DNA of 64,000 nucleotides from Octopus vulgaris (Eukaryota): NCBI GenBank assembly GCA_951406725.2, contig OX597821.1, positions 8,928,001 to 8,992,000 of the forward strand, read 5' to 3'. Shown piece by piece: positions 14,013 to 29,859 of this stretch (position 1 is its first letter; each line of letters starts with the position of its first letter). The notes under the pieces were generated by a model. It saw only the letters and a program-made list of their open reading frames with translations, ran no database searches and was not told where the DNA came from. The position numbers and the translations under genes were made by a program.

Positions 14013-14877
14013 TAATGTGTAATTAAATTTTGTCTGGTACTTCACTCACATCTAATATATTGCATTTAATATTCTTTCATCGAGCAACGGAATTAACTGA
14101 AACAAGTATGAAGGACAAAATTTTTACATCTTGACTTTCCAGTTTCCTTACTGCAGATTCTTTCTATCTCTACTTTCGTTTGAAACTTGCAAAATTTCAG
14201 GGTCAGTTCTAACTTAGAAAACAGTAATAGATCCCTAAACCGAATCCTCAAGGTAGGATATCTGAGAACAACAAACACCTCATCCTTTACAGAAACCTTA
14301 CAGATAAGGAGTAACACACGAGTAGGTTCTTGATGCAACATCTAAGCTTTGTCTTCGTGTCAGGCATCTTCCACCACCCTGCCTCTCTCATACGCTTTGA
14401 GACGACCAAGTTGAACTCTTCATTGATAGTACAACCAAGCAAGTGATCCGGCAGAAAATTTCTGGCAACAGATTTTCATTTAAAATTCAGTGACACGAAT
14501 GGATTTAGAAGTCTACTTCTTTGGAGATTTCACGGTGTGTCAGACGATGTTTTCCACTGACCACAACACGCATATTCACGTATTATTCATCATCCATTTT
14601 CGGAGAGCCCGTCTAAATCTTAGATCAACTTTGGCAAATGTTCTTTCCAATTTGACATATATATCGGCTTATAGCCATTTTATTCACGTACCATTTTATT
14701 TTTATGGACTTTAAAGCGAAAGGTGTCTTCTTCGAAAAAGATGTTAACATCGATATATGTATATATATATGTGTGTGTGTGTGTGTGTGCATACATATAC
14801 CTATATATATGTATATATATAGGTATATGTATATATATATAGGTATATGTATATATATATAGGTATATGTATATATA

Positions 14878-15268
14878 GGCGCAGGAGTGGCTGTGTGGTA
14901 AGTAGATTGCTAACCAACCACATGGTTCCGGGTTCAGTCCCACTGCGTGGCATCTTGGGCAAGTGTCTTCTGCTATAGCCCCGGGCCGCCCAATGACTTG
15001 TGAGTGGATTTGGTAGACGGAAACTGAAAGAAGCCTGTCGTATATATGTATATATATATATATATGCGTGTATGTGTTTGTGTGTCTGTGACAACCGATG
15101 CTAGTGTGTTTACGTCCCCGTCACTTAGCGGTTCGACAAAAGAGGCCGATAGAATAAGTACTGGGCTTACAAAGAATAAGTCCCGGGGTCGATTTGCTCG
15201 ACTAAAGGCGGTGCTCCAGCATGGCCACAGTCAAATGACTGAAACAAGTAAAAGAGTAAAAGAGAGTA
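14878..15268 (+). mobile_element. tRNA-derived SINE with internal (TA/TG)n and AAGAGT-type tail
   Basis: GGCGCAGGAGTGGCTGTGTGGTAAG...GGTTCAGTCCCACTGCG head. Closely similar copy at 46460-46875; partial copies at ~11925-12020 and ~51380-51680. Confidence 0.9.
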
Positions 15269-15743
15269 ATATATATTATATGTATGTATGCATGTATGTA
15301 TGTATATATTGCACACGCACAAATATGTACACATGTAAATCTACATATTTACTAAAAGAACGCACTAGCACACCAATAAGTAACTTGATGGAAATGTTGC
15401 CCTTCTGTGTAGAAACGTACATGTTTGGTAGTCTTCTGTGGTGTTGACTCTGTTGTCTGTACTTCATTGGTGTAAAGTGATCCTTGTTCTTGATCAAGAT
15501 CCGTGGCAACTTCCTCTCTGTTTTCAACGTAGAATAATCTTTTTGCTAGTTTATTTTGTCGCTTTGTCTTCTCTCCTGATGCTGTATGAATACTTGATGT
15601 GGTTTTAGAGTCAAGGTTTGACTACTATATCCAGCATGATGGTATCTTTTAGATACCCTTCATTATAATTTTAATAATAATTATTACCTATGAGGTTTTT
15701 ATTCCCACTTGATATGATCGGTACTTTTAAATAACGATCTTAT

Positions 15744-15791
<48 letters not shown>

Positions 15792-16213
15792 CAACAATTG
15801 AGGAACGGCCTCAAATAGGCCATTCGACCCACTTGAAAGAGCAGCCAGGACTCAAACCGCCAAGTAATAGTAATTTAGAAATTAAAGGAAACTTAAAAAA
15901 ACATTTACCCTATTCATCTTTAGACAATGCGTTGTTTCAATGTTTTTAATGGCATACCAGCCTAATTAAATTAAATTGAACTTAATTAAGTCGATCTACC
16001 AAAGGCCACATCTCATCGGTAAAGAAGCCAGGAGAGACAGACATACACGAGGCAGTAGTATCTATGCTCCGGGAATGTCTGCCCTAAAATTTTCAAAAAC
16101 TACCGTAATCGCGCCAAACTTATCAGCAGCAAATATAAACTGCTGATTTAATTTCAGAATTAGTCAGAAAATCATCAATTAATCAATATAGGGTAGCCAA
16201 AAATTCAATAGAA

Positions 16214-16246
<33 letters not shown>

Positions 16247-16914
16247 TGGATATACATATACGGATAGGTAAATGGATTTTATGAGCAGGGAAACACACAC
16301 ACACTTCAGTTTACACGACGAGATAGAGTTACACACGCACACATACATGCAAACATACACATATACATACATATATGCATACGCACACACACACACATAC
16401 ATCCATACACACACACGCATGCATACATACATACATGCATACATATATGTGCATGCGCACACATACTGCTCCCCCCACACACACAGGCGCACAGGCAAAG
16501 AAAAATAACGCAGCTCGAATACTGGACTGAGTCAACGACTATAGACAAGGTTGCAAGATGCAAGGAAAGTTTTAGTAAAAATAAAGGTGGAAAGTTTACC
16601 GTTGACTGTGTTAAATAATAAGGTACTAAATGAAAATGACTCTCCTCTGACACAACAATATTTATATTTATATATATATATATATAGTATGAGATAAATA
16701 TCCAAGGTAGTAAATAGATTTCATACCATTTATCAAGAAACTTAAGCTGTTTCCGGGATATTTTATATGTTCCTTCATCAGAGACGGTGCAAGAAAATGT
16801 TTGAGAATTAATTATTGTAGAGAATATATGAAATACAGGGGAAGTAAGAGAACGAATATACAAGCGTGATATATAAGGATATTGTATTTGCAGTTCCATT
16901 ATTTGAGTGGAATG

Positions 16915-16986
<72 letters not shown>

Positions 16987-17037
16987 AAATATAGATATGT
17001 ATATATAAATATATATATATATATATAGATATGTATA

Positions 17038-17071
<34 letters not shown>

Positions 17072-18358
17072 CATATATGCATATATATATATTCATATAT
17101 ACACGCATATATATATATATATATATGCATATATATCTATATCTATATCTATATCTATATATATGCATATACACACATATATATATATGCATATGCATAT
17201 GTATATATATATACATATATATATATGTGTATGTATATGCATACATATATTTATGCATATACATATATGTGAGTATAAACATGTTAATATATACATATAC
17301 ATATATGTATATGTATATATTAACATGTTTATACTCAAATATTTGCAGGGGGAGAAAGAGAGAGAGAGAGAGAAAGGGTGACAGACAGATGCATGCACAC
17401 ATACATACATAAACACATAAATACACACATACATACATACATACATAAATACATAAATACATACATACATATGTATATTGGAACAGAAGAATAAATAATA
17501 ATTTGTTTGTTGCCAAGCATTTTTCCATCTCATACAAACAGGGATGTTGCATGCAAAGATGAAAAGTTAAGTAGATATTCTATGAAAGACAAACATTATA
17601 CGAATATTAATAAATACGAAGATTAAATTCGAAAAATGCTTCTTATTTCACAAGTGTCGTAAGTGCCTTCCAAAGGATCTCTCCACTATAACACTGGAGA
17701 TGGAAAAACTAGTAAATATCCGACCAATGCCAGATATTAATTTGGATCCGACAGAAAATTTGTTAAATGTCTCTAATTCTACTTGGAGCGTGCGTAAAGG
17801 CGATGCTTTTACTGACATAGATTTGGATTTAGTCAGAACACAAAAGCATCAGAATGAAGTGGGAAAAGAATGTAGATTGTACTAATTTGACTGTTTACTT
17901 TTTCAAGCCAATCTGTGATATTGGCCTTTAATAAATTCCTTTTATAGTTTTGATGATTTTAGAATTGTCACTCATATGTACAATATTGCACAAAAATGTG
18001 GAAACCTTCTTAATATACAAGAAATAACTGCAATATTCTGTTGGATTTTGTTTTCATTGTACATTTTCGACGAATTTTAACAGACATTTTCTGTACATTT
18101 TTTTGTCACATGTAACTTATGCATCTGCCCTACAAATACTTGAGACATTGCTTTATAAAATTACCTGAATCGAATAAATAATGGAAGTTGATTATTATGT
18201 ATATTGCAATCTTGTTACTTTTTGTTTGCGAGAAGGGTGTAGATTTCGAAATAAAATTATTGGATTGTAAGGAATATAGAAATTTCAAAACAACAAAAGA
18301 AGCAACTTAAACAAAGAACAAAGCCTTACTGTACGCAAGTATTTTATTTGAGACATAC

Positions 18359-18440
<82 letters not shown>

Positions 18441-18466
18441 CATATATATATATATGTATATAAATG

Positions 18467-18519
<53 letters not shown>

Positions 18520-18816
18520 CTATGTATGTGTATGTGTGTACTTCATAGCTCGGTGCCTACCAAGAGTCACCGTGCCTTTCATTTTTCCGATTCGGATAAA
18601 AGAAATACTAGTTGATGAAAAAACAAAATCATGCTCTGTTCGATATAATCGATTATAACCCAAAAATGCACTGACCCAGCTTGGCGATATTCCATTGACA
18701 GATATAAGTACATCACACACACACAAACACGCACGCACGCACACACACATACATACACATACACACACACATACATATCACAGTATGTATATGTATATTT
18801 ACTTAAATAAATGTTT

Positions 18817-18872
<56 letters not shown>

Positions 18873-20968
18873 AAGGGCAGTGCTCCAGCATGACCGCAGT
18901 CATATGACTGAAACAAAATGAAAAAGTGTTAAAAAAAGAGTATATATATATATATACATATGAATATACATATTCACTTATCTATATTTATATGTATATG
19001 TAGGTGATGTGTGTACGAGTGCCTATGTGTATATATTTGTCTCTATGTGTGTTTATGTTTATGCTTATGTTTACTGGTTTGAAAACCATTATAACAAATC
19101 ATAGCCTAGCGCATCTATAAAATATTGATCAATATAACAGACAGCTATATGACAAGAGGGGATATAAGTATGCGTGTGTGTGTGTGTGTGGGGGTGTGTG
19201 TGTTTATATAGTGCCATTTGTTTAAAGAATATTTTCAAACATTTGCACCCATTTCTCTAAATGCTAAAAAAATCACCATCGCTTCAAGCTTCAGTTAAAT
19301 AAATATTTTTATGTTTAGTAACAGTATCACCCATTCCATTTCTTCCCATCTCGTAACCCGCTCTACATCGGTGACTTTCCAAGCTTTCATTTGGTTTCAA
19401 CTCCATATGAATTCAAGGAAAAATTCTGCGCTAGCCTCTCTGGAAGATAAGAAAGGATTCTGTTTTGGTTGTAATAAAGTATTGATGGCTTTTTGTGTTA
19501 TTCTTTAACCATCAGACACCAAGATTCGTTTTATTTTCCTTTATGAAAGCGAAATCATAGAAACGGTAAGCAATTGAAGGTGTTTGGTCATTCGAGCTTA
19601 AGTAACTCGCTGTAAAAAGAATTGATAAAATATTCATTCATAAAGCAGAAGATTTTTAAGTTTGGCAACCATTTTCAATACAGCGTTTCGTCAAGCAAGA
19701 AGGTCTTCATGAAATATTTGTATAGAAGCTCCCTAAAGCAAAACTATTTATCCACTTGATTTAAATAAAAGAATTAAATATAAGTAACTCTAAAATAAAC
19801 GAAAATAAGGAAAAAGAAATTATAGAGTAAGGAAATAATATAATGCCGGTGAGAAGCTATACAAATGTTAGATTTGGCCTTCAGCAAAACAAATCACAGA
19901 GAACATTTTGAGTTGATTACAAGATTATATTTGAAACTGTTAAAACGAACAGTTTTTCATCTTGAATAGAGATAAAACAACTGATAGAAATAAAATTGGT
20001 TGTAAATTCTCATCATAAAATATAACGAGTGGGTTGCGCTCGAACAGAAATAAACCACCATATATAGAATAGAAATTGTCAGTTATCTAGAAATATCAAT
20101 CTTCAGAAAATATTACGAGAAGTCTCTTACAATCAATTTTAGGTCGAAAACAACGGTAACTTATCCTCAGTCGCTAATTTTGTGGCCAGGTTTCAATTCA
20201 TGACGGACGTTTTGCGGCCCATTCATAAAGACGGTACTTCTTGGTCTACCTCCTAAAATTAGTCTGTCTAAAAAGCTAAGGAAGAATTAGCTGCTATTTC
20301 TTTCAAATTGTGTGACAGAGTAGTGTATCTGTGGTTCCCTTTTAACTGAAGAAAGTAATTTCCAAATGCTTTACGATTGTACTTCTTAAAGGCAAAGAAC
20401 TCTCGTTATTCGTGTGTTCACTTGGAAATCATTCAATCGCTTTATGAAAATAATAATTGTTTTGGAAGCACACCACTTGATAACCTGTAAGCAATGAGCA
20501 AAACAGCCTGTTGTGCAAGTTTATATACATAGAGGATAAACAGAGGAAACCAATTCATGTGGGTGTTGTTTTCGTGCCATCTAGATATAACATACAAATA
20601 CATTATAATGTACTGTCAAATAGAGTTGTCATTTTCTTGCTGAACACGCAGCCAATCTGATATTTACGAGTGATTAGAGATGTTTTTCACTGTAGTCGTA
20701 AACCCATGTCAGTTTAATGCATGATCCGGTTTCGAATCCACTAATGCACATGTATGTTAATTTTTTTTGTTACCATGTACCTTGACGCCCACACGTAATT
20801 GCGCGATATATACAAGTACATGCACTTCTATATGATATATGTTCTTTTGTATGTAAACTTTTATACTTGTATAATATAAACTCAATCATATTTACAAAGA
20901 CATACACATGACAAATACACTTATATACAATTATACAATTATGCACCACAAATACACTTACACACTAC

Positions 20969-21230
20969 ATACGAATTGCACTTCTGAAGTTTTGATACTT
21001 TTTCAGGACAGAAACTTTGCAATTTCAAAGAAGTACAAATCTCTAATCTCCTTGAAAATAGCATCCTCTGATATGAATGTACTTGTAGCGCTCCAGTCAT
21101 TTCATGAAGACTTCCATGGGATCCTCCAAAGTGAACGTTCCAGGACCCTTGTCACAGCCTCCATGTTTTCAATGCCTTCAAAACGATTGCCTCTAAGATT
21201 CTCCTCAGTTTGAGGTACAACCAATTGTTA
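20969..21230 (-). mobile_element. mariner transposase 3' remnant
   Basis: Minus strand ENLRGNRFEGIEN.EAVTRVL followed by a frameshifted mariner-like C-terminus, ending in ...CGTA (TIR end plus TA). Confidence 0.6.
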
Positions 21231-21599
21231 CAGGGATCAAGGGATGGAATGATGCTAATTTCTGTCAAGTAGTAATGTTACTAGGATGGAATTGTAATAA
21301 ACCGGCTTTAGTAGAGTGTGTCCAAAGTGTTGTCAGGCGTTTCCGCCAATCTTCAATAAAAAGTTAGCAGGTTGACTTATTAGATGTATAATAATGATAT
21401 ACTAAAATTACAATAATTTAGGATAGTTATTATTGCCTCTCCTTCAAAACGCCTCATACATTTACACAAAAACATGACTTTTACAAACATTCAATGTGTG
21501 TGTTTAGGTACATGAAAACGAAAAATTAATATTTAGAAAAATATTGTTTCCCCTAATGAAGCAAATCTGTGAAAAAATGTGTTTGCAGACAGTGATGAC

Positions 21600-21900
21600 A
21601 TTCCAGTTTTTCCGGATATCATGGAATACATCGACCGATATATATGTCTTTATTTTTAAGACAATAAGATGTTATTTCAAAGATATTTGGATGATATATC
21701 TAGCAGAACAGTCTACCGCTAGAGACAACGTCATTGGCTTCTATATTCCAAATATTCCAATGAATCTCATCAACGAATTTATATCCCTTAAGAACACTTC
21801 AATAATAAAATATTTCGAATAGGATCAGTTAAAAAGGAAACAAAATCACACAACGAAATATTAGAAATATTAAGAATAATACTGGCTAAAGATAAATTAT
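21600..21900 (+). mobile_element. Possible highly decayed Penelope-like RT fragment
   Basis: YFKD...DNVIGFYIPNIP and NEILEILRIILAK resemble PLE RT motifs (DV.SLYPNIP; LL..IL..N.F). Weak. Confidence 0.3.
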
Positions 21901-22125
21901 ATCTAACACTTAATGTTGCAAAAATCCTGTATCCAATTATAACACTGATTAATGACCCCCACATAATAACAATACAGCTTTGGATATATCATGAATATAT
22001 AAATGAAATAAGAAGAGTATTCTGGTTTTCTTGGAGTATTGCGGTAGAGAAGTAAATTAAGGATTTTTTACAGTCATAAGGCTGAGATTTGTTCTCAAAG
22101 TGTCTATATTTCTTGCGTCTTTCAG

Positions 22126-22263
22126 GTCATCTATGGGAATCCTGTTGCTCCTGTAGATCAAGAAGAAACCACAGATGATGATAGTTTTCCATTAGATAAT
22201 GAAGAGGAATGCCAGCCAAAGAATCTGACGTCATGTCCTCCAGACCATTGCTGTGTCACAGAG
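22126..22263 (+). CDS. Internal coding exon of a prokineticin/colipase-fold cysteine-rich peptide gene
   Basis: Acceptor TTTCTTGCGTCTTTCAG|G and donor GAG|GTGAGT; 138 nt, phase 0/0, no stops: VIYGNPVAPVDQEETTDDDSFPLDNEEECQPKNLTSCPPDHCCVTE (C-x7-C-x4-CC). Confidence 0.88.
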
Positions 22264-23746
22264 GTGAGTTGTTTGTAGTGTCTATATTTTAATATCATAA
22301 GCTGAATTTTATAAAAGAACTCAGTTTAAGTAAACTGAATCTGAATCTATAAATCGGAAACAGTTATTATATGTAGAATTGTCATCGAGCTGGCAAAATC
22401 ATTTCTGCGCTGAACAAAATGGCTAGCGGACTTCTTCTGCCTTTCAGTTCCCAGTAAAAGTATGACTGAATTCGACTTTGCCTTTCGTACTTTGGAGATC
22501 AATAAAATAAATACCATTCGAGCAAAGTGGTCGATGACATCGATTTATTCCTTACCCTAAAATTACTAGCTTTTTGCTAACATCTGAATCCATTATTATT
22601 GGTAGAATCTTTAGAGCGTTGGAGAATTTCATTGAAGTGTTATTTCCGGCTCTTTACATACCAAGTTAGAATCCGGCTGAGGTGAAATTTGCCTTTCACC
22701 TCTCCAGTGATCGCTCAAATATTCGATGCGATCTACTCTGTACACTTCCGTCAAGATGACTTTGACTTTCATCCATACTGAGTGGTAGAATAAGTATCTT
22801 GTTGATCACTGAGGTCCATGCAGTCAACTAGTTGCTGTCTATGAAATCTATCTCTCTGTGCTTGAAGGAGAAAGGAATTATTATCATTATTGGTGTTAAG
22901 GCGTGAGCTGATAGAATCATTAGCACGTCAGACAAAATACATAACGTCTATACGTTCTGAATTCAAATAACAATATAGCCGAGTTTATCTTTCATCCCTT
23001 TAAGAGGCATTAAACCAAGTACTTGTGAAGCTCTGGATTCAAAATAATGCTCCCTTAGAATTTAGTATCTTGTGCCTATTGGAGACACTAGATGATTTGT
23101 TGTTAAACACAGCATCTTTGCTTGTGAAAGGGTATAACAAAATGTCAGCTGTTCACAACTAGTGGACTTAAGTAACACACTGCATTCAATTTTCAAGAGC
23201 TTTGTAGAAGATTCGTGTACTTTCAGTCCATGTCTCAGGACATGAAATTACATAACCCAACATAAAATTTAATATATAGGTTTAGTAATATTTATTATTA
23301 TTTTCATAGAGTTAAATTTCATAAACAAAATATTGAAGTATCTTAAAACTCTTTGAAAGTTTTAGCACGAAAAATCCATCAGACATCACAAAGGAAGCTT
23401 AAAGAATTTTGTCTCAACCAATACCTTGTTTAGATTTAAATAATTATACTAACAAGCCATTTTTTCACTGTGGGGTACCTTGCTACTAACAGCTGCAAAA
23501 TTAACGAATATGTCGTGCATGTATAGGAAAATTAGGAATATAGAACTAAGTACAAAAGTGGCTCCCAGTGACATTGACGTATAGTTATTTATTCCTATTT
23601 AACGTGTAACAGGCGGTAACCTTCCGTGAAACCTCAGTTTCCAGGGGAACCCCGAGTGGAAAATGCTGGCATAAAGAGTTATTATGTTGCCGCACCATTT
23701 TCGTCAAATTCATGATAGCAGTAATGATATATATATTGTTCTAGAG

Positions 23747-23952
23747 GGCAGCGAGCTGGCAGAAACGTTAGCATGCCGGGCAGAATGCTTAGCGGTATTT
23801 CGTCTGTTGTTACGTTCTGAGTTCAAATTCCGCCGAGGTCGACTTTGCCTTTCATCCTTTCGGGGTAGATAAATAAAGTACCAGTTTCGCACTGGGTCGA
23901 TATAATCCGTTTGTCCCCTCTATGTTTAGCCCCTTGTGAGCAGTAAAGAAAT
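23747..23952 (+). mobile_element. SINE, GGCGGCGAGCTGGCAGAAACGTTAG family
   Basis: A-box-like TGGCAGAAACGTTAG and B-box GAGTTCAAATTCC, then core GCCGAGGTCGACTTTGCCTTTCATCC. Many copies in the window, with more decayed ones at ~22385-23090 in the same intron. Confidence 0.85.
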
Positions 23953-24885
23953 GTATATATATTTTGTTATAGGGTTTAGGTCTTTCAAGGGTGAGGGAAT
24001 ACACGAACATTTATTTTGTTAGCTGTTTATGCTGTCTTCATGTTTGTTAGCTTGTTATCACTAATATGTCGATTTAAAGACGAATGCATTAAAGCAGAAA
24101 TTTAACTTAAAAACACATTTAGGTTTTAAAATGTCGAAGATTTTTCATAAAATTAAATAGGAGAATGAGTTGAGCGATTGCGTTATCGCTAGTGTTGTAA
24201 TAATATCAGATTTCAATGGTAGAATTCCTAGAAAACAGGGCATCTATTTAAGGCTCGGTACTATTTGAGTTCAAATCCTCCCTTTTATCCTTCCGTGTTC
24301 AATACGATAAAATACCAGTGAATTACTGGAAATGTTGGTATAGACTAATCTCCTTCCAAGAAATTATTGAGTTTGTATTTCAATCAGAAGCATTATCTTC
24401 AACGGTAAAACGCAAACAAATAAAACAAACCTTAGATGAAGAAACGAAGGGGATCTCCGTCGGGGAAAATTTGCAATAATGTTTGTAAATGTAATTTCAT
24501 GTGCCGTAGGGTGAAGATAAATCTAATGCTTCGTGATTGTTATTTCTTTTGTGTGTGTTTGTGAGTGAGAGAAAGAGAGAGAGGGAGAGAGAGAAAGGGA
24601 GAGAGAGAAAGAAGAGAAAGAGAGAAAGAGAGAGGGAGAGGGAGAGAGAGAAATGGAGAGAGAGAAAGAGAAAGAGAGAGTAAAAGGGAGAGAGAGAGAG
24701 AGAAGAAAAAGGACGTTACATTTTGCACTGTTTTTCCCTTATTTTTCTGACGATAGCGCAGTCCTGAAGCCCCAGTTTCCATTTCTCTTCTCTGCATACG
24801 AACAGATTGACACCCATCAACGTCACCCATTCTGTCTTACTAATATTGACAAAGTATGTATTGAATTATATCTTTCTCTTTCTAG

Positions 24886-25068
24886 ATTCTTGCGTACCAG
24901 CCAAGTTTCAAGGGCCAGAGAGCAGCTGGACATTTGGTATGTCGACGCATGCGCGACGAGGGAGAACTGTGTATTTTGAAGGACGCCTTACACATTTGTC
25001 CATGTAGAGAAGGTCTCGACTGTGTGGAAATGGACGATTCGGATTATGGACACTGTTCGCGAATATAG
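24886..25068 (+). CDS. Terminal coding exon of the same peptide gene
   Basis: Acceptor TCTTTCTCTTTCTAG|A, phase 0, joins the previous exon in frame: ILAYQPSFKGQRAAGHLVCRRMRDEGELCILKDALHICPCREGLDCVEMDDSDYGHCSRI* (C-x9-C-x8-CPC-x5-C-x10-C), completing a 10-Cys framework. Confidence 0.88.
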   Translation: MLAYQPSFKGQRAAGHLVCRRMRDEGELCILKDALHICPCREGLDCVEMDDSDYGHCSRI

Positions 25069-25153
25069 GTCGAATATATTTCAAAGTCAGAAGCGGAAGC
25101 AGCCACAGTAACAGCCACAGTAACAGCAGCAGCTGCATCCATGACAGAACGGC

Positions 25154-26436
<1,283 letters not shown>

Positions 26437-27003
26437 AACAACTTCAATAGATGCACGCAGTTCACATTTCTATGTACACATTTCGAACACATTATCATAT
26501 CACATCCCACACAGCACATTCTCTGTCCAATCACCGTCCCAGCTCTCTAACTTATAATTCTAATCATACAGAGCACACGAAACATATATTCACCACCCAA
26601 CGAAATAAACATACCTCACATCACTCATAAACTACACAACGTACAAAATATCCCCAAGTAAAACTCCAACCAATAAAACCAAGATCCACCTGTACTAAAC
26701 CATGTCAAACTGATCTCAAAAAGGATAATGCTTAATTTACGTCTGGGTCACCGACGTGCATTTAATGCATGTGCAATTAAACTTGCATGAAAATTTGGAT
26801 AATAATGTTTCGTTGATTAGTATATTGTGTTTCCAATAACAGTAGAATTCAGTATCTTGTTCAGCCACTGTGGGTAACCGTAATATAAAGAATAGAAGAG
26901 AAGCTTTGTAATGCTAAAGTATAAGCAAGTGGATGATGAGACTTTCAACGCTTTCTCAAATGGCAACAAAGTCAATAAGAAGGATACTTACACACACACA
27001 CAA

Positions 27004-27054
<51 letters not shown>

Positions 27055-27345
27055 ATTCTATACTTAGTATCAATGCTACTCCTGGTTTCATGTGAAAAGA
27101 GTCGTAATTTTCAAGCGTTCCTCTTAATTCGTTTCAATGTTGTATAAGGTTACTTTGTCCAGCTTGGAAACGGATATCATAGCTTCTAAGAGAAATACCT
27201 GAGTAATGTAGTCTTATGGAACGAGGAGAGGGATTTTCAATATTGTGAAATCGAAACCAGGGATCAAGTAGTAGCATTGTTAACCTATAAATACAAATTT
27301 TATTTATCCAATAAATGCTGTGTTGAACACTCATTCTCGTGTTCG

Positions 27346-27539
<194 letters not shown>

Positions 27540-27888
27540 TGCGTGTGTGTGTGTGTATAAATGCTTGTATATCTAGTTATATACTGAAAACCATTATACT
27601 GAAGGATTTACTCGGTACTTGTTAGTAGAGTGCATATTATTTTTACAAGGTCAGTATGCTAACGGCGAGCAAGCCGAAACTTCGTAGTTCCTGTTAACCT
27701 TTTCCTTGTAAATTTTAATATATATATTTATATTACAAAACAACAATTAAGTCTTTGCATGGTGTTGTGTCTGCTAAAAATAGCTGCCGAATTTTCTCCG
27801 AATCACATATCATTGGATTTAGCTTATAAATATATATCTATTTCTATATATATATATATATATATATAGATATATATATATATATATA

Positions 27889-27922
<34 letters not shown>

Positions 27923-28345
27923 TATATATACGTCAAAATTTTAAACAAGAACACAAATACACTAGAAACATATAAAATCTTATATTTTGAAGTTTAAATA
28001 ACAATATGGTGTGATTTGAAGGAGATTTTGCTTCAATTCTAAGCAGGCGAGCAGCAACGTAGATGCTTTCTCACTGTTTCAAGTGTATTGCATGTAGGAA
28101 GCAGAGGTGAAGAATTTTTTACGTAATATTTTTTCTTTTATTATGTTTGTTTCTAAATAAAACCTAGAAGAAAAACAAACTGCTTTTTTGTGATCAATTT
28201 CTTTTTGTTCTCTGAACGTTATCGGATAGCAAAAACGTAAAGAACCATATAAACATTGGCTAGCAGATTTTAATTTTGTCCAATGACGTTTTGGTTTCAA
28301 ACACTACACGGGTTAACTTAGCTTACAGTATTTCGGAATTAACAA

Positions 28346-29240
28346 GGCGGCGAGTTGGCAGAAACGTTAGCACGCCGGGCGAAATGCTTAGCGGTGTTTC
28401 GTCTGCCGCTGCATTTTGAGTTCAAATTTAGCCGAGGTCGACTTTGCTTTTCATCCTGGGGTCGATATAATCGACTTAATCCGTTTGTCTGTACTTGTTT
28501 GTCCTCTCTGTGTTTAGCCCCTTGTGGGTAGTAAAGAAATAGGTATTTCGTCTGTCGCTACGTTCTGAGTTCAAATTCCGCCGAGGTCGACTTTGCCTTT
28601 CATCCTTTCGGGATCGATTAAATAAGTACCAGTTACGTACTGGGGTCGATCTAATCGACTCTCCACCAAAAAAAATTCGGGCCCGGTGCCTAGAATAGAA
28701 AAGAATATTTATTAATTAATAAGGCAGTGAGCTGGCAGAAACGTTAGCACGCCGAGCGAAATGCTTAGCGGCATTTCGTCTGTCTTCAGGTTCTGAGTTC
28801 AAATTCCGCCGTGGTCGACTTTGCCTGTCATCATTTTAAGGTCGAAAATACTAATTGTGTACAGGGGTTGATCTAATCGACTGGCCCCCTCCCTAAAAAT
28901 TTGGGACCTGGTGCCTAGAGTAGAGAAGAATATTACTAGTTACATAAAAGAGACGAGCAAATTACTTTTGTCTCTTCACGTTCTGATAGACATTTTGTCC
29001 TTCTTCACATTCTGAGTTCAAATTCCGCCGAGGTCAACTTTGAATATTTTCCCCTTCGAAGTCGATAAAATAAGTACCAGTTGAATACGGTGGTTAATGT
29101 AACAGACTTTCTCCCGTAAAATTGCTGAGTTCAAATTTCGCCGGGGTCAACTATTCCTTTCAGGAAAATAAAAACTGGTTTCGGTGATATCGTCTGGCTC
29201 GCACCCACAAAATTTCAGGCCTTCTGACTACAGCAGAAAG
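28346..29240 (+). mobile_element. Cluster of tandem or nested SINE copies (GGCGGCGAG family)
   Basis: Five GAGTTCAAAT...GCCG..GTC.ACT cores at ~28420, 28570, 28795, 29015 and 29130. Confidence 0.88.
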
Positions 29241-29859
29241 AAATATGACTAAGCACCTTCCTCAAAATGCTGACATATCCATACTAACACGCGACTAAAG
29301 TAGTCTAGTAATCTCTCTTTAGGTTTAATACCTTTCCGTACTGGGCATTGTAATTACGTATATAATTTTAGGTTTTCAAGATATCTAATATTATATCTGC
29401 ACTACGTTCGATTGTTTTGATCTGGGACATTTTTGTATACCTTATTGATAGAAGAATTTATAATATCATATTCGAACTATGTAGTGTTAATGTAGTACCC
29501 ATGATTTCCTACGGATTCGAAGCGCTAAGCAGGGATGTCTACAAATATAAATTTTTACCAGTTCAAATATAATTGAGACCTATTGAAACTCGTAAGAACA
29601 ATATTCACAGCATTTCGTTGTGGAGAGGAATTCTCGCTGCTGAAAAAAAAACACGTAAACACGCTAACTCAGTATGGAGTGCTCTCTGCTCGTTTTGGAG
29701 TATTCATCTTCTTTTCAGCATCGAACACTAGAAAGATAGGCGTTCCGAATTTAATACAAGAAACTAGATCTCTCTTATTAGGCTGAGCAAGAGTTTGCAT
29801 ACTTAGTATCAATCAAACCGAGAGTGCTCTGCATCATCAACTGCATCAGGTACGAAGGA

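Noticed and set aside
18197-18270. MYIAILLLFVCEKG as the signal-peptide exon of the peptide gene
   Set aside because: No good phase-0 donor. Other candidates (~17637, ~19543, ~20444, ~22003) also fail on phase, stops or hydrophobicity, so exon 1 remains unlocated.
20908-21213. 101-aa + strand ORF with an acceptor-like site
   Set aside because: It is the antisense of a mariner transposase remnant.
24653-25007. Track ORFs 24653-24979 and 24807-25007
   Set aside because: Wrong frames overlapping the real exon; only the frame starting at 24886 gives the cysteine framework.
28346-29240. CRISPR-like array
   Set aside because: The repeats are irregularly spaced SINE cores in eukaryotic DNA; no cas genes.
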